From Parasitella parasitica NRRL 2501 (taxonomy: Eukaryota > Fungi > Mucoromycota): a stretch of 58,681 bases of DNA. Below the pieces are notes generated by a model. It saw only the letters and a list, made by a program, of their open reading frames with translations. It did not search any database and had not been told where the DNA came from. Positions 1-11,594 of this stretch are shown here, in pieces (position 1 is the stretch's first letter; the number at the start of each line of letters is the position of its first letter). A program made the position numbers and the translations under genes. Location of the stretch: contig MU619316.1 in NCBI GenBank assembly GCA_025201805.1, positions 1 to 58,681 of the forward strand, given 5' to 3'.

Positions 1-1173
1 AAAACTAAAAAGCTTTAATACAACACATGTTAAAAGAGTAAATGCGTTTGTAATTGCTTTATTTTTTGTTCAATGGTATATAGTGCAGATAATTTTTTTA
101 CTTTTCCGACTAAAAGTCTATATTTTGCATACCCATTACCTAAAATGGTAATCCTATATCAGCTAAACAAGCGAAATTAAGCTCATTAATGATTTTTGAG
201 CATGATATACAATCTCTACGCAACGCCTTATTAAGGCGTTAGGATACATACGTATTATTATTGAGCTGCTATATAGTTATGCAATCAAATAATGCATCAT
301 CATAGTATTATTTACTGTACCAATCTTTTTTTTTTTTTTAGTCATAATAACATACGTCTGAAGTATTATGTCGATAAATTATACTACACAATGGCAACTT
401 GATTAAGCATTGATTATATACAAAGTTGACAACACTTCTTTGGAGATATTCACTTTTTGGAAGTAAATTTAATAGTAACATGTAAAATATTAGGGCACTA
501 TAAATTAAGGTTTTTTTATTTAGTAAATACATTTCGAAAAAATTATTAATTTCCATTACATAAAAATTCTTTTTGACTACATATTGACATACCAAGTTCG
601 TATTGGAAACATCCATCGAAGAACATATTAATCAATTTAATGAATTTTTTAGTTGTCAAATTAGCAAATAATAAGCCAATAGATTAAATAGTAGTGTCCT
701 TTATACAATGAAGATCAATACTTAGTTTAAGAGCCTTTCCAAACTACCATGTGTTGTTTTCAATTTTACATATATAAAAACAAGATACAACAACAATAAT
801 AATATGAGATTTCAAATCCAGGGCCAGGAGTAAATTTATATGCAACAATGAAATCGATGATCCGTAGAAATATGAATACGTTTATATTTAGTGCAATCAA
901 TAAATTTGACTGCATTACGTATTATATGTCAAAACAAATGATTTTATGTTGGTACTGGCGATTTTAGCACACAAAGGGTGCTCTGGAAAATGCTTATTTG
1001 ATATCCTAAACGTTGATTTTGTAAATATGTAATAATACCTAGCAACAATAAGCACCCTTAAAAGTAATATAACAATGAAAATCGCGAGTTGAAGTGTGGA
1101 TATAAAAAGAACTCAAGAATCAAAACAACCAAAATTCGCTTTCACAGTTTTTTTAGACAGCAAAACACTCTTC

Positions 1174-2631
1174 ATGTTTACAGAAATACTCCCAGGACCA
1201 TTGGCAGCCCCTGTTATCTTTATCATGAAGTTTATTCTCTTCATAGCGTTTCCTATGGGTACTTTGGCAAAAGAAATTAGAGGTAATTTGTGTAAAAGCT
1301 TCAAACTGAGATTATCATTAATCAAGTGATAGGTTTGACGGACCTTTCTGGCGCTAAGGTAGTTCAATTGAAAGATGGCAAGTGATTTCGACAACATTAA
1401 AGTGCCTATGAATGTTTATATATACTGACTGCTGTATTACTGCAGATCTTAAGAGGGAATTTGAAAGACATTATACGCAGAGAGATGAGCATTTCAATCG
1501 ATTAATCAATGAAAGAATGTCGGATTTGAGACAAGCAGTGATAACTCTTAACCAAGAACGAATTGAAATTAAAACAAAGTTGGAATCATTTGAAGACAAG
1601 GTATGTATCAATGTGGTCTCAAATAGCGGATGAGTAGATAATGTAGAATATCGTCTTAGTTTGGGAAACTCTCAGTCAAGTTTAAAGCTTTTAGTACAAC
1701 TGAGAGTTGTGGCATTCAGCAAGATACACATGGCTACAGCCATTTACTAAAAGAATGTGAAATGATAAAGCAAGAAATGAAATTGCTGAAAGAGACATAC
1801 ACTGCTGTCCTCCCAGTATCTTCAAGCCAAGGCAAAGTGTCCCAGAACTATGAGCTTTTGGCTTCCAAGGTACCAGATCTTGAGATTGAGTCAAATGCTT
1901 TGCAAATAAGAATGGCTGAATTTGACGAAAAAATCGAGGCTATGACTATGAGGAGCATCACTGCAATTGAAGATGGCAACAAAGTCACTCATGCTTTGAA
2001 AACTCAATTAGAAGAGCTTGAAACGAAGACAGAGATGTTCACGAGAGATTCTGCAAAGCTTGACAAGACTATCATTTTAGAAACCAGACTGAACGAGCTT
2101 GCAAATGACGTTGGAAAGATGGTACCACTTGAAGACCAGCCTGTCATTAAGCTCCTTCTTGAACAGTCCCTAAGTACCGAGTATCTCATTGAAACTATCA
2201 CAGAAGACATCAAACAGATATCTACAAAATTCAACAATCAAATCAGAAAGAATGAGAATGAAAAGAAGAGCATAAATTTTAATGGCGAAGCAGACAATCA
2301 AGCTTTAAAGAAAGAGGTGGCCGAGTTGACAAATGAAATACAGTGTGTCAATCACGCGATTGGGAAGCTCCAAACAGTGACTCACGAACAATACCGTACT
2401 CTATTACCTACTGTACAAAAGGTGAATGAAAACTCTGACCATTTAGCCGAATTAGCTGCTATTGTTGACGACATTACTAGCTATCATTTGAAATTGGTCA
2501 CTCCAAATGAAACTGATTCTAATGTGGTCTCCAACCAAGAGTCTGTTCAGCACGAAACGCATGGCCAAGATACCAAAGCTTCAACAAAATTTGATGCAAC
2601 TGATGAGTACAGTAAATTCAGATGTTGGTAG
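1174..2631 (+). CDS. Hypothetical protein with N-terminal hydrophobic anchor and long coiled coil; 4 exons (1174-1282, 1333-1377, 1446-1600, 1660-2631)
   Basis: Splicing joins ORF-track fragments 1096.., 1412.. and 1762.. in frame. Introns 1283-1332 (GT-AG), 1378-1445 (GC-AG) and 1601-1659 (GT-AG). Heptad-rich E/K/L sequence. TATAAAA at 1101-1107. Confidence 0.65.
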
Positions 2632-5246
2632 AAATATGTAGCAAAAACAATTTTTTCATGTATATAGTAATAAAGCAACCCATTTAAAATTATAGTATTC
2701 GGTATCGTTGAACCTAGTATGCTTGTATATATATTATTTTAGAATTTTGCGTTTTTACTGGTGAAATTATAAATTTGAGGTTTTATGCTTTCCGTGTAAA
2801 ATAGTCGCCTAAGAAGCTATCAAGAGGCGTGGGGATAATGCGGAATCAGTGTTGAGGCTCATGGAAGAAGTGTTTGAGTGGGCAACTTTGTGAAATTCTC
2901 CTATAATTCGATAAATTGATCAATCTCGCAATCAAAAACATTATTTCTAATTTTGGATATTGCCGAAATTGTACCTTTCACATCGGACTTTTTAGTTTTC
3001 TGATCTGCAAGGTACGCATTTGATAAAATTTGTTGATTTAGTGATATTAGCGAAGCTTAATCTATACGGTATGGACGGCAAGTGTATAAATCTTCTCAGG
3101 ATGATCACAGCACATCGAAAAAAAACTAGTTTCTACAAGTTTGTATCAAAACATCTTTGTATACATAAGCACATGATAACCATTTCACGATTTGCTGTAT
3201 ATGTTCCCATCAAAGTATTACAAGCTATTTCCTGTCTTGTGCTGAATGCATGTGAGACACTGTGGCGAGAACGTTCTTAATTGCACGGTCCAAGTTTGGG
3301 CATTTTAGCATTAAAAATGTATAGCTTGCGGGGGAACAGAATGATAAAGGGCAGGAGGCTCGAGCGTCTCATTTCTTAGATCAAGTGACGAGTTACGTTT
3401 TCACTTTCAATTTACACCATAATCAAACAAATGCTCTTTATTACTCATAGATACCCTCAATAGATGTGTTTAAGATTATTTGATTAATATGTCCTGTTAA
3501 ATTTTCTCGTCCTGACTTTGGCGGAAAGAGAATATCTAGTTCCTTTCGGTGGCATTCGTGCTTTTATGTATACTTAAATATAAATCAGCAGATATTAGCC
3601 AAGTTTGGATTAGTTTGAACCGTTCTAGAGATATCAATATCTTGTTTAGACATTTCACAATAGACGAAGGATACGATTCGGAGAGGGGTGAAACAGGTAT
3701 CCGAAGCTTTCTTGATTGAGTTGCCATTGTAATCTCTAACCTAGGGGTGATTTTTCTCAAGCATCATAATCGTTCTGAATGAGAAGGAAGGAAAAGATAT
3801 TATCGGAGGTATAGCGGAGCCTTAGATACAGAAGATATATAAAACAAAATGGCATGTTAGTACTAGATTGATTATTCACACACAACTTGGTAGCAATACA
3901 GCATCAGGAGCAACATCGAATCGACAGCATCAGCAGCAGCAGCAAAGTTAATATCTTTGATGACAGTCAATTACATAGCACATGTATACATCAAAATGGC
4001 ATTTATCAATCAGAAATTTGTGAAGTTATCTACCGAATGTCATTAGAGTTAAGCTTACACATGTAATATGTTTGTATCACTTATATTCGTGTTTTTCGCT
4101 ATCCATGTGCCCCTTTTCCTGACACTTCAAAAACTAAAAAAGCAAAAATTTCGATCACGATTTTATTGCTGTTGTTGTTGTTAATTTTGCTTATTTCATT
4201 TTTCTTTATACTCGTGGCTTCCGTATTTACTTGAAGGCGTATGTATTGCTATAGCCAATTTTTGGCATACAGACGAATTATGCTATGCATTTACCCAATA
4301 TGCTCGGCATGTCGATGATTTTTGCATAGTTACATGTAAAAATGGCTTATTTAGACCTACGCATCTATATATAAAGCAAACAAATAATAAACACTAAAAC
4401 AGACGAGAAATAAATGAGCTGTGCCTATTGATGTATATAGATTACTGGATTGTTTATTTGTCCTTAAAAATGATAAAATGTGCATTTAGTATTAATATGG
4501 TCAAATCAGAGAGGAAGAGTATTATTCTTAGCAAGCAGGATGAATTCACACGGAAATAAGCGGTATATAAGACCACATACATGGTTTTGTATTACTATTT
4601 GTTGTATAAATATGCAACCAGCATCCTTGAGAAAAAAAAAAGTCATAATCAATTCAAAACTGCCTTGTTGTTGTGTTTTGTTTTGCATTATTTAAGCTCA
4701 ATTGTGAAGACTGATGGAAAGGCAGATGTAGGACAATCGTAGAATCGATACACACAACAGAAAAAAGGGGAAGAAGGTTATTTCTTTCTTTTCTGGATTT
4801 CTATCTTCTCTCATTGTCAATATACGGTACACTTGGTTAGTAATCATTTTTTCTTGTTTTATAAATATTGCTGTCAATTTTGACATGTCATTTGTTTTTG
4901 CATGTATTTAGAGCGACGCCTTTTTGTTCGAAGTGCCCTTTGCCATCAATGCCTATTTAGGACCTTTGACATTTGATTATACTTAATGAAACTCGATATC
5001 ATATGTAATACAAATAAGGATAAAGTTCAAAGAAAAGGGTTTTTTTGTAAAGTTTTTTCTTGTAGACAATTGTTAGCTTACATGATAAAATCACTATAGT
5101 TGCATAGCCTAATATGATTTGTTGATGTTACGATTTTTGTTGTTATTAATACTTTCTTTATCTTCCATGTAACAGGTAGAGCCAAAATGATTATATGCCG
5201 ATCGATTGCTCAAGGCCCCTTTTCTGATTCTCGCCTAGTTTTCTAG

Positions 5247-5357
5247 TATAAAAACTATGATTTTTTTTATCAAACTATTCTTTTATCTTTCCTTAACTTT
5301 TTAAACCTTTTTTCTCTCTTCTTCTTTTTTTCTCTCTTTTTTTTTTCTCTCTCTCTA
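5247..5357 (+). promoter_or_regulatory. Putative core promoter: TATAAAA followed by a CT-rich tract
   Basis: TATAAAA at 5247-5253, then a pyrimidine-rich stretch just upstream of the ATG at 5367, a typical fungal promoter layout. Confidence 0.4.
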
Positions 5358-5366
5358 TCTATAAAC

Positions 5367-5970
5367 ATGTCTGTATCACTTGAGCAGCATCAGCACAAAA
5401 TGTTCAGCCAAGATGAACCAGTTTTTATTAGTTCGTTGATAAAATCCAAAGCAAATCGAAAGAGATATGATTGTCATTTGTGCTCAAAGTACTTTACCCG
5501 CCCTAGCGCATTACAGACTCATATTTATACACATACAGGAGAGAAACCACATGAATGCGACATGTAAGATAGATGTATCAATGAGTATAATCTATACGAA
5601 ACTGACCTGTTGTAGGCCTGGATGTGGTCGTCGATTTGCAGTGATTAGCAACCTGAGAAGACATCTTCGTGTTCACAGACCATCCAACATCAGACGACGT
5701 CTATCGTCTCAAGAAAGAAGAGAATACGTTGAAAAGCTGATCCAAAAATCAACGGTTATCTCCGAAGGACATGCAAACTACAATACATTTCCATCCATGT
5801 GCTATGGCCCGACGTCGCCGTCCTCATCATCCTCTACGTCCTCTGTCTTTTCTTCGCCATCCCCTTCTCCTCCAAGATGCCTGTCTCCTGCCATAGAAAC
5901 AAGCTATCGCCTGCTGAAGCCCAAGAAGACTCGCCCAGTGTGTTTGACAGTTCAGCACTTGTTGAACTAG
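5367..5970 (+). CDS. Tandem C2H2 zinc-finger transcription factor (MtfA-like); 2 exons
   Basis: [31 protein letters not shown]|[20 protein letters not shown] after removing intron 5564-5615 (GTAAGA..TAG). S/P-rich tail ends LTVQHLLN. Confidence 0.9.
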
Positions 5971-6691
5971 CGCACTCAAGAAATTACTAACAAAATCTAC
6001 CCAAAAAAGAAAGAAAAAAATAAGAAAAAGAAAAAGAAAAGAAAAAAAATACATCTTTCATTACCATCCCATCCCTTCTGTTACATATATATATATACAC
6101 AAGTACATATATGCCATTTCGTTTTCTTACTAGTTATTTGTTCTTCAGCCCTGCTTTCTCCAGTTCTACCTTGCTCTTTTCTCCTTCCTCTTGTAAATGA
6201 TTCCCCTCTTTTTTAATCCATCCAATACTGGCTCTTTGGTTCTGTCATTAATCCTTATCATTATTATCCTTGTACCTATTTTAACATTATTTTTTTTCCA
6301 GTTACTCTCACCATCCCCACAATTCCTCGAAACCATGACGCCGCTCATTCTGCTTTGATTCAAGTCTACAAAAACTAATCCATGTAACCGCAAACAAGCA
6401 TTTGATGGAGCTAAAAATATCACTCTACAGTTGTTCTGTCACCATATTACAGAGAACTCAAGATATGCACATCTACTTATACGCAAACTACTCACACACA
6501 CACACACGGATATGTAAAATTCCAATAAATATATGCCCTCTCTTCTAAACCGTTTCTTTATTCACTGAAACAGGCCTTCAATGTGGTGTGCCTGGTCGGC
6601 AGAAAATGCGACTAGGCCCATATTTTTTATTTATTTCTCTCTTTTTGCTTTTTTCAAATCTTCTGTTCCAAGATATAGTACCCACTTAATC

Positions 6692-8021
6692 ATGGGCGAT
6701 GCAGCATTTTACGATGATGATGTCTTCCAGACAATGACAATAACACCAAGAGCGTTTCCTCAAATGGACCTGCTAGACGTCCAAGTACATGTTGTTTTCA
6801 TTATGCAGAATTAACTAGCTCACATACATGATAATAGGGCAGCCGAGTGGACGTAAATCAACTTGCGTCAAAATTCCATTTGATTTTGATTACATTAAAA
6901 AACACAACATGTCCTGCCTGTCCTCAGCTGCTAAAAATATTGGGCATGTATGGCTTAGATCCTGGTTGCCATGAATTCATAGATCCGTTCACGCACCAAG
7001 AATTCACCATTGATCCAGTCAGAAAAAGAGTAACATCCTGCGCTAAAATTATGGTGAATTGCTGAAAACTCTAAACAAACTCCAGTTTTTTAGGCTATTA
7101 TTGAAACATGATGCATATTTCGTTGTTCTCTGCCCCGGTACAAATGCGCAAGTGGGCCAAATACAAGCCAAAACGCCTTTTTTGGATTATCCGTTCATAT
7201 CAACAGACGGCGGTGCGGTTGATCTAGTCAAAGCACTCAAAGTTCATTTGTCTGATGCGGAATTCATGCCTGCCATGTTACAAGTGGCGCCTCACAGTTT
7301 AGCTGTAGACTCTGTCTACATTGGTCGGAGCCCTGGCCGGTACTTTCACCAATATCTGTTGAAGCGTCTAATAGAAGCTCGGTGCAGGCAGGAAATGAGC
7401 GGCATCGTCTGTCTTCGAGATGCGCATGAGATTACTAATCAATTAAAGAGAAAGACGATCAAATGTCAACAAGGGAAGATGGCTTCCAACTGGATCAATC
7501 TGACACGACCTTTGACGGCGCAACATTTATCTAGATCTCCAACGAAACGATCTCCTCCTCCGCTGTCGAACAGCAAAGAGGATGAAGCAATCGCCATATC
7601 GGATCATGTGGCAATAGAATACAACCAAAGCACAAATCGATTGGATGATCTGCCCTCGGAAATACTGGAAATCATCCTCGACTGTCTCTCCGGCGACATC
7701 CCTTCCTTGGTAAAAGTATCCAGGACGAGCAGGAAATTTTATGTAGCCATTTGCAATGTTCTGATTTCGTCTATTCGTCATCAAATGGCATTTTTGAAAC
7801 CAGCACTGCCTCAGCAGAATGGTCAAGTCATTTGGGATGAAGCACAGGTTGGCGATGAAAGTCTAGATCGCTGGTCGGACAGACCCGAAGGTGTCCCTTA
7901 TCATGAGTTATTTAAGCGGGTATCAGACGCTAGAGATTTGTTGATCCAAACCAGTGAATGGACTAGACATTGGAGTCCTCGCAGCAACCTCAATAGCATC
8001 AGATTTCAAACAAATAAATAA
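6692..8021 (+). CDS. Thioredoxin-fold (AhpC/TSA peroxiredoxin-like, CPAC motif) protein with C-terminal F-box; 3 exons (6692-6784, 6838-7029, 7086-8021)
   Basis: Two phase-0 GT-AG introns give one ORF. N-terminal PQMDLLDVQGSRVDV..LILITLKNTTCPAC..VVLCPG..YPFISTD..MPAMLQV pattern. F-box LDDLPSEILEIILDCL..SLVKVSRTSRKFY. Confidence 0.75.
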
Positions 8022-8160
8022 TGACTACTAATCATTGTTGTTGTGTATACACATATATAAAATGTGCAGATCTGTGTGTAATATGTATGTGTGTAAATAG
8101 AAGCTTGGATTGCTTCGCCTTTATTATGAGCCTTTGTGAGGCTCGCAAATTATCTACTTT

Positions 8161-8295
8161 NNNNNNNNNNNNNNNNNNNNNNNNNNNNNNNNNNNNNNNN
8201 NNNNNNNNNNNNNNNNNNNNNNNNNNNNNNNNNNNNNNNNNNNNNNNNNNNNNNNNNNNNNNNNNNNNNNNNNNNNNNNNNNNNNNNNNNNNNNN
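8161..8295. other. Assembly gap (135 N)
   Basis: Run of N. Confidence 1.
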
Positions 8296-11200
8296 ATACG
8301 CCTTTGTTTGATAATAACAATAAACAAAGCTTTTGTATTTGGAAAATTGAGACACACAAGCAAAAGCATGTAAATCATGGAGGTGTGGGTTGGCATGATA
8401 ATAAAGAAATTCAGTGACACAAACTGCAAATCAGAAAAAGAACATATTTTATGTATACAATGTAACGTCTTTCACTAAGCCCGTTGTCCTCACAATAAAA
8501 ACACAACTCAGAAGAAAATAACATTTGTGATGAATGTTATATATCATATATACTTTCGCGGATTGTGGCACATTTTACATGTACCTGGCCGAAACAACGC
8601 TAGACCAAAAAAGAGTTTGTGCAATAGTAAACAGTTACTTTCTATTGTAACATTAAAGCTCTTTTGTTTTTGACAAGCAGCAGATATTTTTAAGCACAAA
8701 TACATACTTATTCAGTACATGAATGACGACAGTTTCCTTGTGAAAAGAAAGGAATTTCCCCTCTCATGACGTTATTTGTGATTCTTACATACAGGTACTT
8801 TCTTGTATTCGTCAAAGACAAGTTTATCAGTGCTTTAAGGTTGTATGCACTCTTATTACTTTTCGCGTGAAAAATGCATCAAACTCTGGTTTGAAAGACA
8901 CACATATTCACATGCAGTTGTATCATTCAGCAGTTATCATTGTAATAGTTTTTGTGTTTGGGATTTTATAAACACGTATTCCTTCTTCAAGTGCCCATAT
9001 ATTTTATTTTTTTTGTTTGTGCGCCATTTTCAGTCTGTCAACACTTATGTGTAAAACATACAGTTGATCCTATTATGCCTACATAAGTACAAAAGCACAC
9101 AGAGAGAGAAGGAGAGACTAATCATAGTTGCATTCTCCGAGCCGTATGTATCTTACGAACATATATCCTTAATGTAATTCCCCCTTGTGAGCAGGTGCTG
9201 ATGGATCGAGATAACGGCTTTTTATTATCCTCATGGTCGTACGAAATCAAGGAACGATTTCCGAATTGCAACGACAGCAGTGGTTTCATCAATTTAACTC
9301 ACTTCGGTCATGAGAACATGTTTACAGGCATTTTGCATAGCAAATAGCAATAATAAACGTAGCATTTAGGAATAGAAGAGATGAATCATATAGTACATAT
9401 CGTAATGGCTCGATAGAACGCGGGAACTTGATGGGTTATAACGTATACAACTCTTTTAATAAAGCCAACCAGATCGAGACATGATTCACTTTTTTTTTGT
9501 GCTATTCAGCCTTGAAACAAAAAGTGGGCACAATAGGCAATAAATGTATATATTCTATGTAAGATTACTATCGAAACCGAAGACATCACAGCAATATACG
9601 TGTATGTAATTGCTGGTACATGCACCTTTTCTTATTTGAAAGTCTTGATTCTGGTTGTACATACTTGCCCGCTTTGAAAAATCGGTAATCCGGCTCTATT
9701 TTGCTGTCAAGATCGTACATATATCGTTTTACAGCTCATATTAACAAAGAAAAAGTCAGTATGTATGTACCAAGCTACTACTGCGAAGGTTTTACAGCTA
9801 AGCTCAGTATGTACGAAGAATTATGTTGTATGGTGTCACTGTCTAACATGTGGGGGTTTGTAAAGATGTAGGCTCTATTAAAAAGTTGTTTTAGTCTACT
9901 TGTATTTGCATGAACTAATGCATGATTTGTACTTCAACCCCCTACTTTTGCACCAACATCTTGGTAAATATTCTCTTTTTTACTTGTATCGAATTTCCAA
10001 TTAAGAAAAAAAGGGGAACATCATATACGTGTATAAATCTTCAAGTACTTGATTACTCAGCGTTTGCGTTAGTATAGCCTCTAACTTAAAGCATACATAC
10101 GGTTTAGGTTACATTTCATACTTTACACTCCAAAGGGATGTAGTACTATTATTATAATCAAATGCATTTATTTGGCTATATCATGGCAATTAGGATTTGT
10201 CATTACAACTTGAATGCAGTTTTCTATCTGCATCTTTCTGGATATCGCGATCTTGTACTCACCCCTGGCAAAATTTTGTATTGTAAAAATCCCTAATTTG
10301 AGATCATTTCTACGTGTAAAGTTTATAACAGGTATGAGTGCTTGCTGATATATTCACAGAGTAAAATCGAGTCGCTTTTTTCTGCACTAGATCGAAAAAA
10401 AATTATGCCTAAATGAGCCTTAGTGCCTACTGTTCTATTGTAACGGACATTAATTTATAAAATCCATTATGCATTGGTTGATGATAGATGCAACTGCGCA
10501 CAAAACAAAGCCTATACTAATTGTTCATAGTAAGCATGTATGAAAAACGCGTATTACATTGACATATAATAAAGGTAACCGCCTATGTTATGTTTTATAT
10601 CTATTCTATTCAACTCCTATTCCACCTTGTATCCCTCATTCAAATATTGCATTTTTTGATGACTGATTTCTGCGTTTGGTTTGATTTATTCAAATGTTGG
10701 TAGACTGATCAGGACAGAAAGAAAATATTTTCTTAGTCAACTTGGTTTAGCAATGTTTACTACTTGTTTAACTCTATTAATTATCCAATGTGAATATCAC
10801 TAATGCTCGCGATAAATGCTTTACACATGTATATTTGGTTAGTACTTAATAACTCCTATTTTGATAGCTCAAGCCGAGGAATCAATTGGCAGAAAATCGT
10901 ACAAGTGAGCAAGTTACTTTTATAAAGCCAGCGATATTTGGAAAGATCAAGTACAAAAAGATTTCGACAGATTGAACGAGATGTTAAATGTGAAAAAAGA
11001 AGTACAAAAGAATATACACGAGCAGATCATGGCGACTACTGATAAAACACGACATGAAAAGAGTTTAGCATTATCGTCTTTGAAAAGATAAAAACAAGGT
11101 CGGTTCCAAAAACAATAAAATAAAATATGATTATCCCCTTATAGTCATAGCGTGTTGAAGCATCGTGCATGAAACCTATGGGATGGCCTTGATATAACAT

Positions 11201-11594
11201 CCTGCAGCCCTTGATTGAACATGCTTTCGGATAAAAATATGAAACATTTGAAAAGGGGAAACAAAGACTTGTAGCTTAAATCGATTTGGAGTTGCCAAAA
11301 GTACAACCCAAGTTACAAACCGTGGACTGACTAGTACAGTATTGGGTATTAAAAGAATTGACCATATCAAGTAGCTTGTTGCTCTGCATGAATCAACATA
11401 TCTTGAACATAGCAGAGGGCTGGTAAAGACCAGCCGTCTCAGCATTTCCTTGTTTCCAATTCACATCCAAAACTAAGCCGAAACGCAAGACTAAATACAC
11501 TAGAAGAGCTTCAAGCAAATTGATGATTTATTTGTGATTTTAATTATGTTATTGCGGGATAAAAACAGAATTGTCAAAAACTAGCCAAGAAAAT

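Noticed and set aside
1-1000. AT-rich stretches with short ORFs (also 2700-5200, 14700-16150, 19000-19900, 55000-56700) as genes or transposons
   Set aside because: No motifs, terminal repeats or consistent splice patterns I could support by eye. A repeat-library search would be needed.
3376-3390. AGATCAAGTG similarity to U2 snRNA
   Set aside because: The following branch-pairing GTAGTA and the 5' stem of U2 are absent.
8021-8429. ORFs containing X runs
   Set aside because: Artefacts of translating through the N gap; the same applies at 41792-42286.
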